A stretch of DNA of 64,000 bases, taken from an uncultured Prevotellaceae bacterium. Its GTDB lineage: Bacteria; Bacteroidota; Bacteroidia; Bacteroidales; Bacteroidaceae. The stretch lies in contig CAMVJU010000006.1 in NCBI GenBank assembly GCA_947167935.1, positions 1,750-65,749 on the forward strand, written 5' to 3'. The notes beneath the pieces are model-generated. The model did not search any database and was not told the origin of the DNA. It was given only the letters and a program-made list of their open reading frames with translations. Positions 9,419 through 18,552 of the stretch are shown here, one piece after another (position 1 is the first letter of the stretch; every line of letters begins with the position of its first letter). The position numbers and the translations under genes were made by a program.

Positions 9419-11278
9419 ATGAATATTGAGACATTGATAAGCCAAGCCGCAGGCGAGGCCGTGAAGGCACTCTATGGTTTGGAGGCTACTGAAAAGATGC
9501 TGCAGTTGCAGAAGACGCGTAGCGAATTTGAGGGCAACCTGACCCTCGTGGTGTTTCCCTTTGTCAAGGCTGCAAAGAAGAGCCCTGAGCAGACCGCTCA
9601 GGAGATTGGTCAGTATCTGGTAGACAACTGCTCAGCCGTAGAGAAATTTAACGTGGTGAAGGGATTCCTTAATCTCTCCGTTGGCGAGGGTGCCTGGCTC
9701 CAGCTACTGCAGGCCATCGACAAGGATGATAGCTTTGGCACAAAGCAGGCTGACGAGAATTCTCCCCTCGTGATGATCGAATACTCATCGCCCAACACCA
9801 ACAAACCCCTGCACCTCGGTCATGTACGCAACAACCTGCTGGGTTGGTCGCTGGCCAAGATTATGGAGGCCAACGGCAACAAGGTGGTGAAGACCAATAT
9901 CGTGAACGACCGCGGTATCCATATCTGTAAGTCAATGCTTGCCTGGCTGAAATACGGCAATGGCGAGACGCCTGAGACCTCTGGCAAGAAGGGCGACCAC
10001 CTCATTGGCGACTACTATGTGGCCTTTGACAAGCACTACCGCGAGGAGATCAAGCAGCTCGTTGCCCAGGGTATGGACGAGGAGCAGGCCAAGCAGGAGG
10101 CACCGCTCATCAAGGAGGCTCACGAGATGCTTGTAAAATGGGAACAGAACGACCCCGAGGTGCGTGCCCTCTGGGAGAAGATGAACAACTGGGTATATGC
10201 CGGCTTCGACGAGACCTACAAGAAGATGGGTGTTGGCTTCGATAAGATCTACTATGAGTCTCAGACCTACTTGAAGGGTAAGGCCAAGGTGGAGGAAGGA
10301 CTCGCCAAGGGCCTCTTCGAGCGTCACGAGGACAACAGCGTATGGGCCGACCTCACCAACGAGGGCCTCGACCAAAAGCTGCTGCTGCGCTCTGACGGCA
10401 CCTCTGTCTATATGACGCAGGACATCGGCACAGCCGAGATGCGTTTTCAGGACTATCCCATTGACAAGATGATCTATGTGGTGGGCAACGAGCAGAACTA
10501 CCACTTCCAGGTGCTCTCCATCCTGTTGGATCGTCTGGGCTTCAAGTGGGGCAAGGAGCTCGTACATTTCTCTTATGGAATGGTGGAGCTGCCCAACGGC
10601 AAGATGAAGAGCCGCGAGGGAACCGTCGTAGATGCCGACGACCTGATGGCGCTGATGGTCGAGGATGCCTACAAGACCTCGATGGAGCTGGGTAAGTTCG
10701 ATGATATGACCGAGGAGGAACGCCGCGAGATTGCCCGTATCGTGGGTATGGGTGCCTTGAAGTATTTCATCCTGAAGGTCGACGCCCGCAAGAATATGCT
10801 CTTCAATCCTGAGGAGTCAATTGACTTCAACGGCAATACAGGCCCCTTCATCCAGTATACCTACGCTCGTATTCGCAGCATACTGAGAAAACAACCCACC
10901 CCCGACCCCTCCCGAACAGGAGGGGAGGTGGATTACTCTCATGGTGGAAACGAAGCGGATAGTCTATCTAAACTCCCCTCCTGTTCGGGAGGGGCTGGGG
11001 GTGGGTTCCTTTCCGAGAAAGAGATTGAGCTGATTCAGAAGATGAGCGAGTATGGTGCAGCCGTGGAGCAAGCAGGCAAGGACTATTCTCCTTCTGGCAT
11101 CGCCAACTACTGCTACGAGCTGACAAAGGTGTTCAACCAGTTCTACCACGACTTCTCCATCCTCAACGAGCCCGACGAGCAGAAGAAGGCCGTGCGCCTG
11201 ATGCTGGCTAAGAACGTAGCCAAGATCATCAAGAACGGCATGGACCTGCTGGGTATCGAAGTGCCAGAGCGAATGTAG
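9419..11278 (+). CDS. argS: Arginine--tRNA ligase, with palindromic insertion
   Basis: EYSSPNTNKPLHLGH (HIGH), KMKSREG, GPFIQYTYAR, ends PERM. Confidence 0.97.
   Translation: MNIETLISQAAGEAVKALYGLEATEKMLQLQKTRSEFEGNLTLVVFPFVKAAKKSPEQTAQEIGQYLVDNCSAVEKFNVVKGFLNLSVGEGAWLQLLQAIDKDDSFGTKQADENSPLVMIEYSSPNTNKPLHLGHVRNNLLGWSLAKIMEANGNKVVKTNIVNDRGIHICKSMLAWLKYGNGETPETSGKKGDHLIGDYYVAFDKHYREEIKQLVAQGMDEEQAKQEAPLIKEAHEMLVKWEQNDPEVRALWEKMNNWVYAGFDETYKKMGVGFDKIYYESQTYLKGKAKVEEGLAKGLFERHEDNSVWADLTNEGLDQKLLLRSDGTSVYMTQDIGTAEMRFQDYPIDKMIYVVGNEQNYHFQVLSILLDRLGFKWGKELVHFSYGMVELPNGKMKSREGTVVDADDLMALMVEDAYKTSMELGKFDDMTEEERREIARIVGMGALKYFILKVDARKNMLFNPEESIDFNGNTGPFIQYTYARIRSILRKQPTPDPSRTGGEVDYSHGGNEADSLSKLPSCSGGAGGGFLSEKEIELIQKMSEYGAAVEQAGKDYSPSGIANYCYELTKVFNQFYHDFSILNEPDEQKKAVRLMLAKNVAKIIKNGMDLLGIEVPERM
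10893..11007 (+). repeat. REPIN-like element (two inverted 35-bp arms) in frame in argS
   Basis: Arms 10893-10927 and 10973-11007 are reverse complements with 2 mismatches; 45-bp spacer. Confidence 0.9.
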
Positions 11279-11310
11279 TTCAGTATGTTGCGATATCATC
11301 GCAACAAACA

Positions 11311-11778
11311 ATGACGATGATGCAAAACCCTCCCGACTACCGTCACGACACCGTGCTGCCCCTTCCTATGGAAGTGACGGCCGATGCCATCGCCGTAGAT
11401 GCCTCATGCCCTGGCAATCCTGGGCCTATGGAGTATCAGGGCATTGACTTGGTCACTGGCGCACGCATTTTCCATTTCGGTCCGATGAAGGGCACGAACA
11501 ACATCGGCGAGTTCCTGGCCATCGTGCATGCCCTCGCCCTCTGCTGGCAGCAGGGCCTGCACACGAAGACCATCTACAGCGACTCATACAATGCTATCCT
11601 CTGGGTGAAGAAACGGCAGTGTAAGACCAAGCTGGAGCACACACCAGAGACGGAGCAGCTCTATCAGATTATCGCCCGAGCCGAAAACTGGCTGCGCACC
11701 CACGATTACCGCAACCCCATTGTGAAGTGGGAGACGGCGAAGTGGGGCGAGGTACCGGCCGACTTTGGGAGAAAATAA
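11311..11778 (+). CDS. rnhA: Ribonuclease HI (catalytic domain only)
   Basis: AVDASCPGNPG, GTNNIGEFLAIVH, IYSDS, WGEVPADFGRK. Confidence 0.88.
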   Translation: MTMMQNPPDYRHDTVLPLPMEVTADAIAVDASCPGNPGPMEYQGIDLVTGARIFHFGPMKGTNNIGEFLAIVHALALCWQQGLHTKTIYSDSYNAILWVKKRQCKTKLEHTPETEQLYQIIARAENWLRTHDYRNPIVKWETAKWGEVPADFGRK

Positions 11779-11798
11779 ATATCAACAACTAGACAACG

Positions 11799-14102
11799 AT
11801 GGTAAAGATTACGAAGGAGGCTGCCCTTGCCTATCATGAGAGTGGGCGCCCTGGTAAGATTGAAGTGAAGCCCACAAAGGCTTATCGTACACAAACAGAC
11901 CTCTCGCTGGCCTATTCGCCTGGCGTGGCCTATCCCTGCCTGGAGATCCAGCAGAATCCTGACGATGCGTACAAGTACACCGACAAAGGCAATCTGGTGG
12001 CTGTCATCAGCAACGGCACGGCCGTATTAGGCTTAGGCGACATCGGTGCTATGAGCGGCAAGCCGGTGATGGAGGGTAAGGGCCTGTTGTTCAAGATTTA
12101 CGGCGGCATCGACGTGTTCGATATCGAGGTCGACGAGAAAGACCCTGAGAAATTCTGCGAGGCCGTGGAGCGCATCGCTCCCACTTTCGGCGGCATCAAC
12201 CTCGAAGACATCAAGGCGCCCGAGTGCTTCTATATTGAGGAACGCCTGAAGAAGACGCTCGACATCCCCGTGATGCACGACGACCAGCACGGCACGGCCA
12301 TCATCTCGGCTGCAGGCCTGAAGAATGCGCTGGAGGTCATTGGCAAGGACATCCGCAAGGTGCGCATCGTGGTGAACGGTGCCGGCGCCGCTGCCATCTC
12401 GTGTACCAAACTATATATGGCCATCGGTGCGCAGAAGGAGAATATCGTGATGCTCGACTCGAAGGGCGTCATCTCTGTGGAACGCAAGGATTTGAACGAG
12501 CAGAAGAAATTCTTCGCTACTGAGAGGACCGATATCCATACGCTGGCCGAGGCTGTGAAGGATGCCGACGTCTTCGTGGGCCTGTCGAAAGGCAATGTGC
12601 TCAGTAAGGATATGGTGCGCTCAATGGCTGAAGACCCCGTTATCTTCGCTTTGGCCAACCCCACGCCTGAGATCACCTACGAGGATGCCATGGACGCCCG
12701 TCCCGATGTGCTGATGTCGACTGGTCGTACCGACTATCCCAATCAGATCAATAATGTGATTGGCTTCCCCTACATCTTCCGCGGCGCCCTCGACGTGCAC
12801 GCCACCGCCATCAACGAGGAGATGAAGTTGGCCGCCGTCCACGCTATTGCCGACCTGGCAAAACAGCCCGTTCCCGATGTGGTGAACGATGTGTACAAGG
12901 TGAACAACCTGAAGTTCGGACGTGACTACTTTATTCCGAAACCCGTCGACCCCCGACTCATCTCTGAGGTGAGTGCTGCTGTGGCCAAGGCCGCCATCGA
13001 CAGCGGTGTGGCCCGCAAGGAGATTACCGACTGGGAGCAGTACAAGGACTCGCTCAGCGTGCTGCTGGGACAGGAGACGAAGCTCACGCAGAAGCTCTAT
13101 GCCACCGCTGCTGCCCATCCGCAGAGAGTTGTCTTTGCCGAGGCCGTTCACCCCACGATGCTCCGCGCTGCTGTGCAGGCAAAGGCTGAAGGCATCTGTC
13201 ACCCCATCCTCTTAGGCAACGACGAGGTCATCACGAAGATGGCTGCTCAGCTCGATCTCTCTCTGGAGGGCATCGAGATTGTCAACCTGCGTCATCCCAA
13301 CGAGCAGGAGCGCCGCGAGCGCTATGCCCGCATCCTCACCGAGAAACGCGGCCGCGAGGGCTACACCTTCCAGGAGGCCAACGACAAGATGTTCGAGCGC
13401 AACTACTTCGGCATGATGATGGTGGAGACGGGCGAGGCCGATGCCTTTATCACAGGTCTCTACACAAAGTATTCGAACACGGTGAAGGTGGTCAAGGAAG
13501 TCATCGGCATCCGTCCTGAGTACCAGCACTTCTGCGCTATGCACATCATCAATTCGCCTCGCGGCACACTCTATGTCGTTGACACGCTGGTGAATGAGAA
13601 TCCTGATACCGACACGCTCGTCGACATTGGCAAGCTGGCATCCACCGCCGTGCGCTTCTTCAACGAGAAACCCGTCATCGCAATGGTCAGTCACTCGAAC
13701 TTCGGCTCCTCCACGAGCGACGGCGCCCTGAAGGTGAAGCATGCCGTGGAGCAGCTGCACGAGCTCTATCCTGATCTGCCCATCGATGGCGAGATGCAGA
13801 TAGGCTTTGCCCTCGACCGCGAGCTGCGCGACGAGCAGTATCCTTTCTCACGTCTCTATGGCAAGGACGTCAACACGCTTGTCTTCCCCAACCTCACGTC
13901 GGCCCGCTCCAGCTACAAGATGTTGCAGATGCTGGGCACCGATGCCGAGATTATCGGCCCCATCCAGATCGGTTTGAACAAGGCCATCCACTTTGTCGAC
14001 TTCGGCGCCTCTGTGCGCGACGTGCTCAACATCACAGCCGTTGCCGTCATCGATGCCTATGTCTTTAAGATCAAGGACCGAATCAATAAGCTTAAGTTTT
14101 AA
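11799..14102 (+). CDS. maeB: NADP-dependent malic enzyme with PTA-like domain
   Basis: [30 protein letters not shown]-terminal DGEMQ. Confidence 0.95.
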   Translation: MVKITKEAALAYHESGRPGKIEVKPTKAYRTQTDLSLAYSPGVAYPCLEIQQNPDDAYKYTDKGNLVAVISNGTAVLGLGDIGAMSGKPVMEGKGLLFKIYGGIDVFDIEVDEKDPEKFCEAVERIAPTFGGINLEDIKAPECFYIEERLKKTLDIPVMHDDQHGTAIISAAGLKNALEVIGKDIRKVRIVVNGAGAAAISCTKLYMAIGAQKENIVMLDSKGVISVERKDLNEQKKFFATERTDIHTLAEAVKDADVFVGLSKGNVLSKDMVRSMAEDPVIFALANPTPEITYEDAMDARPDVLMSTGRTDYPNQINNVIGFPYIFRGALDVHATAINEEMKLAAVHAIADLAKQPVPDVVNDVYKVNNLKFGRDYFIPKPVDPRLISEVSAAVAKAAIDSGVARKEITDWEQYKDSLSVLLGQETKLTQKLYATAAAHPQRVVFAEAVHPTMLRAAVQAKAEGICHPILLGNDEVITKMAAQLDLSLEGIEIVNLRHPNEQERRERYARILTEKRGREGYTFQEANDKMFERNYFGMMMVETGEADAFITGLYTKYSNTVKVVKEVIGIRPEYQHFCAMHIINSPRGTLYVVDTLVNENPDTDTLVDIGKLASTAVRFFNEKPVIAMVSHSNFGSSTSDGALKVKHAVEQLHELYPDLPIDGEMQIGFALDRELRDEQYPFSRLYGKDVNTLVFPNLTSARSSYKMLQMLGTDAEIIGPIQIGLNKAIHFVDFGASVRDVLNITAVAVIDAYVFKIKDRINKLKF

Positions 14103-14159
14103 AGGCTATTGGCTTTAGCTATCGACAATCGGTTATCGGTTATTGGTTATTGGTAAAAG

Positions 14160-14576
14160 ATGCACAGCGTACTCATATCTTTAGCCAGCAATCATGAGCA
14201 GGAAAAGAACCTGAGTGAGGCCCGCGAAGCCCTTGCTCAGGTTCTCGTCTCTCCTGTCTATACGTCTGCCATCTGGACGGAACCATATCATTCTCACATC
14301 TCTCACCTCACACCTCTCACCTCATCACACCCCTCACCTCACACCTCTCACCTCTATCTCAACCAACTTGTCTATGCGCAGACCGACCTTGACTGCGATG
14401 AACTTAACAGCAGACTAAAGGAGATAGAAAAAGCACAAGGCCGCAACGACGAGGCTCGTCGTCAGGGTCTTGTGCCTGTTGATTTGGATTTGCTGCAGTA
14501 CGATCAGCAGCGTTTCCATTTGCGTGACTGGCAGCGTCCCTATATTCAGCAGCTGCTGCCGGAATTGTCAAACTAA
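14160..14576 (+). CDS. folK: HPPK-like (FolK) protein with heptamer-derived insertion
   Basis: ISLASN, YLNQL, IEKAQGR, VDLDLL. Confidence 0.75.
   Translation: MHSVLISLASNHEQEKNLSEAREALAQVLVSPVYTSAIWTEPYHSHISHLTPLTSSHPSPHTSHLYLNQLVYAQTDLDCDELNSRLKEIEKAQGRNDEARRQGLVPVDLDLLQYDQQRFHLRDWQRPYIQQLLPELSN
14292..14356 (+). repeat. Heptamer tract (cacctct-type) in frame in folK
   Basis: Translated [21 protein letters not shown]. Confidence 0.85.
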
Positions 14577-14912
14577 CTTGTTGTCCCTTGGGAACACCAC
14601 TGAGGGCTTGAAGCTCTTAGCCTCTTCGAAGTCCATCAGGGCATAGGAGATGATGATGATGGTGTCACCCACCTGCACACGCCTTGCTGCGGCTCCGTTC
14701 AGGCAGATGCATCCTGAACCTCGCTCGCCCTTGATAATATAGGTCTCAAAGCGCTCGCCGTTGTTGTTGTCGAGCACCTGCACCTTCTCGCCGGCAATGA
14801 GGTTGGCGGCGTCCATCAGGTCCTCGTCAATGGTGATGCTGCCCATATAGTTCAGGTTGGCCTCGGTCACCTGGACGCAGTGCAGCTTCGACTTCATTAC
14901 TTCTATCATCAT
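14568..14912 (-). CDS. panD: Aspartate 1-decarboxylase
   Basis: [13 protein letters not shown] (Gly-Ser cleavage site), LNGAAAR. Confidence 0.96.
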   Translation of the reverse strand: MMIEVMKSKLHCVQVTEANLNYMGSITIDEDLMDAANLIAGEKVQVLDNNNGERFETYIIKGERGSGCICLNGAAARRVQVGDTIIIISYALMDFEEAKSFKPSVVFPRDNKLV

Positions 14913-14960
14913 TGCAATAAACCTTTAACTTTTAACCTTTTAACATTCAACCTTCAACCA

Positions 14961-15812
14961 TCAACCCTTATACTTGATATGGTCAATCAGGCGAATGGGT
15001 GTCTTGCCGCAGTAGACGGTGATGCAGCCCACCACATAGGGAGAGTCCTCCCAGTTGGCGACGTCCTGCAGCGTGTTGCCGTCTACAATCGAGAAGTATT
15101 CCACGTCTAAGCCGTCCACAGCGTTGATGGTGTTGACGACGTAGTCGTGTGTCTCTTTCAGGGTGTGCTTCTTTGCGTATTCCGTGCTGTCTTTCAGCGC
15201 CTTGTAGATGGTGGGTGCGATGGCTCGCTCGTCAGGAGCCAGCAGGGTGTTACGGCTCGACTTGGCTAATCCGTCTTTTTCGCGAACGATGGGACACTCC
15301 ACAATCTGAACAGGCAACTGCAGCTGTCTGACCATCGCCTTGACCACGGCAATCTGCTGCCAATCCTTCTCGCCGAAGTAGGCACGATCGGGACGCACGA
15401 TGTAGAACAGACGACTCACCACCTGACACACACCATTGAAGTGACCAGGACGGTGGGCGCCCTCCATCACGGTGGAAACAGGGGGATACTCAAACTGACG
15501 GTTGTCGGGTGTGGGATACATCTCTTCCACAGCCGGAGCCAGCACGTAGTCGGCCTTGCAATCCTCAAGCAGCTGGCAGTCAGCCTCCAAAGTCCGCGGA
15601 TAGCGGGTGAGGTCGTTTTGGTCGTTGAACTGGGTGGGATTGACAAACACCGACACCACAGTCACGTCGTTATCCTTCACTGAGCGGCGTACCAGCGAGG
15701 CATGACCCTCGTGCAGCGCTCCCATCGTAGGTACAAGGCCTACGCTTCGTCCTGCCTTGCGCTCGTCGAAGAGTGCATTCTGCAGGTCAACAATCTTTGT
15801 GAATACTTTCAA
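14961..15812 (-). CDS. panC: Pantoate--beta-alanine ligase, probable TTG start
   Basis: [37 protein letters not shown]. Homology begins at TTG 15812. Confidence 0.93.
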   Translation of the reverse strand: MKVFTKIVDLQNALFDERKAGRSVGLVPTMGALHEGHASLVRRSVKDNDVTVVSVFVNPTQFNDQNDLTRYPRTLEADCQLLEDCKADYVLAPAVEEMYPTPDNRQFEYPPVSTVMEGAHRPGHFNGVCQVVSRLFYIVRPDRAYFGEKDWQQIAVVKAMVRQLQLPVQIVECPIVREKDGLAKSSRNTLLAPDERAIAPTIYKALKDSTEYAKKHTLKETHDYVVNTINAVDGLDVEYFSIVDGNTLQDVANWEDSPYVVGCITVYCGKTPIRLIDHIKYKG

Positions 15813-16078
15813 TTTTGTTGAGCGTTCTTTTAGTCGGCTGTCGCTTTTTGTAAAAGCGGCAGAGCCGAACGGTGTGTTTTTGCTAACGGCTTTTGTTAAA
15901 AAGCGGGTGCAAAATAACAACAATTTTTGCAAACAAGGAAAAAAAAGACTAAAAATAAACCTATAAAATGTCACTTTTTCCTAAAAACACGCTTTTTCTG
16001 CGCATTTTATTCGGTTTTATGCAAAAAAAATCGTACCTTTGCAAAGGAATTCCAACCATTTACCCTAAACGAAGAGCA

Positions 16079-16855
16079 ATGGCAAAAAAGAAAATCCTGT
16101 TCATCAACCAAGAGGTTTCGCCCTACATGGCCGACAACGACCTCTCCCTCATGGGTCATGAGCTGTCGCGTGCTATGCAGGACCTTGGTCACGAGATCCG
16201 TACCTTCATGCCTAAATGGGGCACCATCAACGAACGTCGCGGCCAGTTGCACGAAGTGCAGCGCCTGTCGGGTATGAATCTTATCATCAACGACACCGAT
16301 CATCCGCTGATCATCAAGGTGGCCTCCATCGTGACATCCCACGTGGCCGTCTATTTCATTGACAACGATGATTATTTCTCAAAGCGTCGTCAGATTATCG
16401 ACGACGACGGCGAGCGTGCCATCTTCTTTGCCCGTGGCGTCCTTGAGACCATCAAGAAGATGCGCTGGACGCCCGACATCATTCATTGTCAGGGATGGAT
16501 GAGTGCCTCCGTTCCCTTCTATGTGAAGACCGCCTATGCCGACGAGCCCTCGTTTGCCGAGGCCAAGGTGGTGACGTCGCTCTTCAACGAGATGCAGCCG
16601 GTGGAGCTGGGTGAGAAGTTCGCGCAGGATATCGCCTTCCGCGATGCCAAGCCTGAGTTGCTCTCGGCCTATGACCACCGTTTCACCTTCGACGAGCTGG
16701 GCAAGCTGGCCATCGACTATAGCGACGGTGTCATACAGGCACACAAGGATGTCAGCGAGACGCTGATAAAATATGCGGCAGAAAAGAATGTGCCCTTCCT
16801 GCCCTATATCGAGGATTTCGCCGACACATACGAGGAATTCTACGAGAAAATTTAG
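16079..16855 (+). CDS. Glycogen/starch synthase catalytic-domain protein (GT5 N-domain only)
   Basis: EIRTFMPKWG, LHEVQRLSG, PDIIHCQGW. -7 box tacctttg at 16034-16041 supports start 16079. Confidence 0.85.
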   Translation: MAKKKILFINQEVSPYMADNDLSLMGHELSRAMQDLGHEIRTFMPKWGTINERRGQLHEVQRLSGMNLIINDTDHPLIIKVASIVTSHVAVYFIDNDDYFSKRRQIIDDDGERAIFFARGVLETIKKMRWTPDIIHCQGWMSASVPFYVKTAYADEPSFAEAKVVTSLFNEMQPVELGEKFAQDIAFRDAKPELLSAYDHRFTFDELGKLAIDYSDGVIQAHKDVSETLIKYAAEKNVPFLPYIEDFADTYEEFYEKI

Positions 16856-16864
16856 TATATCTCA

Positions 16865-18361
16865 ATGATCAACAACAAGCTTTGTAAATCTCAGTTAATG
16901 GCTGCCGCAGCATTTGCGCTGGTAGCCATTTCTTCATGTGAAGAAGACAGTTTGAACATCGGTCAGTCGCTCACCAACGAAAGCGACAAGCTCGTAGTAG
17001 CCACCGAGAGTTTCAATGTCACCACTCGCACCATCATGGCCGACTCCGTCCTCTCGCTTTCTGCCGACTGTTATCTTGGCAGCGTCAGGGATCCCCAGAC
17101 GGGTGCCAATGTCATTAGCGAGTTCACCACGCAGTTCCATCTCCTGGAAAGAATATCGATGCCGGAAGAGAGCCAGATACCCAATCTCTTCAACGGACGT
17201 GCCTCGGCCGACTCCTGCGACCTCATCCTCTATATCTCCTCGCCCTTCCGCGATGCCGACAGCCTCACGGCCATGAAGATGCGTGTTAGCGAGATGGCAA
17301 CGCCCTTGGAGGAAGGCGTCCGCTACTATTCCAACTTCAACCCCATGCAGGCAGGGATGATCCTCAATGGTGGCCTTCGCAAGAACCATGTGTTCAGCTA
17401 TTCCAATCTGGGCGAGCTCGACGATGTGCGCTCCGGCGATTCCTATCAGGATTGCATCCGCATCCCGCTGAACGATGCCTATACGGCTGCCGACGGTACC
17501 CTCTACAAGAACTACGGCACCTACCTCATGCTGCAGTATTTCGACCATCCTGAATACTTCCGCAACTCCTACACCTTCGCCCATCACGTCTGTCCGGGCT
17601 TCTTCTTCCAGATTACCGACGGTATGGGCTTCCATGCAAAGGTGACCGATGTAGGCCTGCGCACCTATTTCACGGCCAAGGACGACACCATCAGCGCCGT
17701 GGGCACGCTGGTATTTGCTGGCACTCGCGAGGTGCTGCAGACAACCTGCATCACCAACGACCGCGAGACACTCGAGGCAATGGCTGCCGAGACACAGCAC
17801 ACCTACCTGAAGACGCCCGCAGGCCTCTTTACCGAGGTGACGCTGCCCGTAGCCGAGATGAAGCGAAGCCACGAGGGAGACTCCCTGCTATCTGCCAAGC
17901 TCACCCTGCAGCGACTGAACAACCTGTCGAGCGACAGCCGTATGCTGCCTGCCCCGCAGACGCTGCTGATGGTGCAGAAGGACAGCCTCTACCATTTCTT
18001 CGAGAACAACCGCGTACCCGACAACGTCATGTCCTATATCACGGGCTTCAACGACTACGACCCCGTGACCAGTAATGGCGCCAGCAACACGAATACCTAT
18101 ACGTTCAACAACCTCTCGGCCCTCATCACGGCCCTGTGGAACATCCGCACGGAAGGACTCAGCAAGGATCCGCTGTGGGAGCAGCATCACCCCGACTGGA
18201 ACAAGATGGTGCTGGTGCCCATCACCTTTTCTGCCAACACTTCGTATGAGGTCACCAGCGTGCATCACGACATGTCGCTCAGCAGCACCCGTCTGGTGGG
18301 AGGCCCCGACAATGCCAACGCCCCCATCAAGATCGACGCGGTGTTCGCAAGGTTCAAATAG
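16865..18361 (+). CDS. DUF4270-like lipoprotein
   Basis: SSC lipobox; TYLKTPAGLFTEVTLP; usual position after the GT5 gene in Bacteroidales. Confidence 0.75.
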   Translation: MINNKLCKSQLMAAAAFALVAISSCEEDSLNIGQSLTNESDKLVVATESFNVTTRTIMADSVLSLSADCYLGSVRDPQTGANVISEFTTQFHLLERISMPEESQIPNLFNGRASADSCDLILYISSPFRDADSLTAMKMRVSEMATPLEEGVRYYSNFNPMQAGMILNGGLRKNHVFSYSNLGELDDVRSGDSYQDCIRIPLNDAYTAADGTLYKNYGTYLMLQYFDHPEYFRNSYTFAHHVCPGFFFQITDGMGFHAKVTDVGLRTYFTAKDDTISAVGTLVFAGTREVLQTTCITNDRETLEAMAAETQHTYLKTPAGLFTEVTLPVAEMKRSHEGDSLLSAKLTLQRLNNLSSDSRMLPAPQTLLMVQKDSLYHFFENNRVPDNVMSYITGFNDYDPVTSNGASNTNTYTFNNLSALITALWNIRTEGLSKDPLWEQHHPDWNKMVLVPITFSANTSYEVTSVHHDMSLSSTRLVGGPDNANAPIKIDAVFARFK

Positions 18362-18370
18362 AAACGCATC

Positions 18371-18502
18371 ATGGCCGACGGCTACATAGAAAAACACCAG
18401 CAGGACTACGAGGAAAGGCGTGAGGCCTACCTGCGTCGCAAGCGTCACCTGCCGCCCCTCAAGGGCCGACAGCTCCAGCATCCTGACGACGAGGCATTAT
18501 AA
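18371..18502 (+). CDS. Small conserved-looking protein, 43 aa
   Basis: MADGYIEKHQQDYEERREAYLRRKRHLPPLKGRQLQHPDDEAL; host-like codon usage; fills the operon gap; below the ORF-track cutoff. Confidence 0.7.
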   Translation: MADGYIEKHQQDYEERREAYLRRKRHLPPLKGRQLQHPDDEAL

Positions 18503-18547
18503 TCATCCACCATCAACCATCCACCATCCACCATCCACCATCCACCA
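18503..18547 (+). repeat. Heptamer tract (ccaccat)n, intergenic
   Basis: About six units between the small ORF stop and the GSIII start. Confidence 0.9.
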
Positions 18548-18552
18548 ATTAT

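Noticed and set aside
10893-11007. Intein or intron in argS
   Set aside because: Only about 38 codons, no splicing motifs, and fully explained by an inverted-repeat element.
15813-16078. N-terminal extensions of panC and the GT5 gene
   Set aside because: AT-rich divergent promoter region; homology starts at 15812 and 16079.
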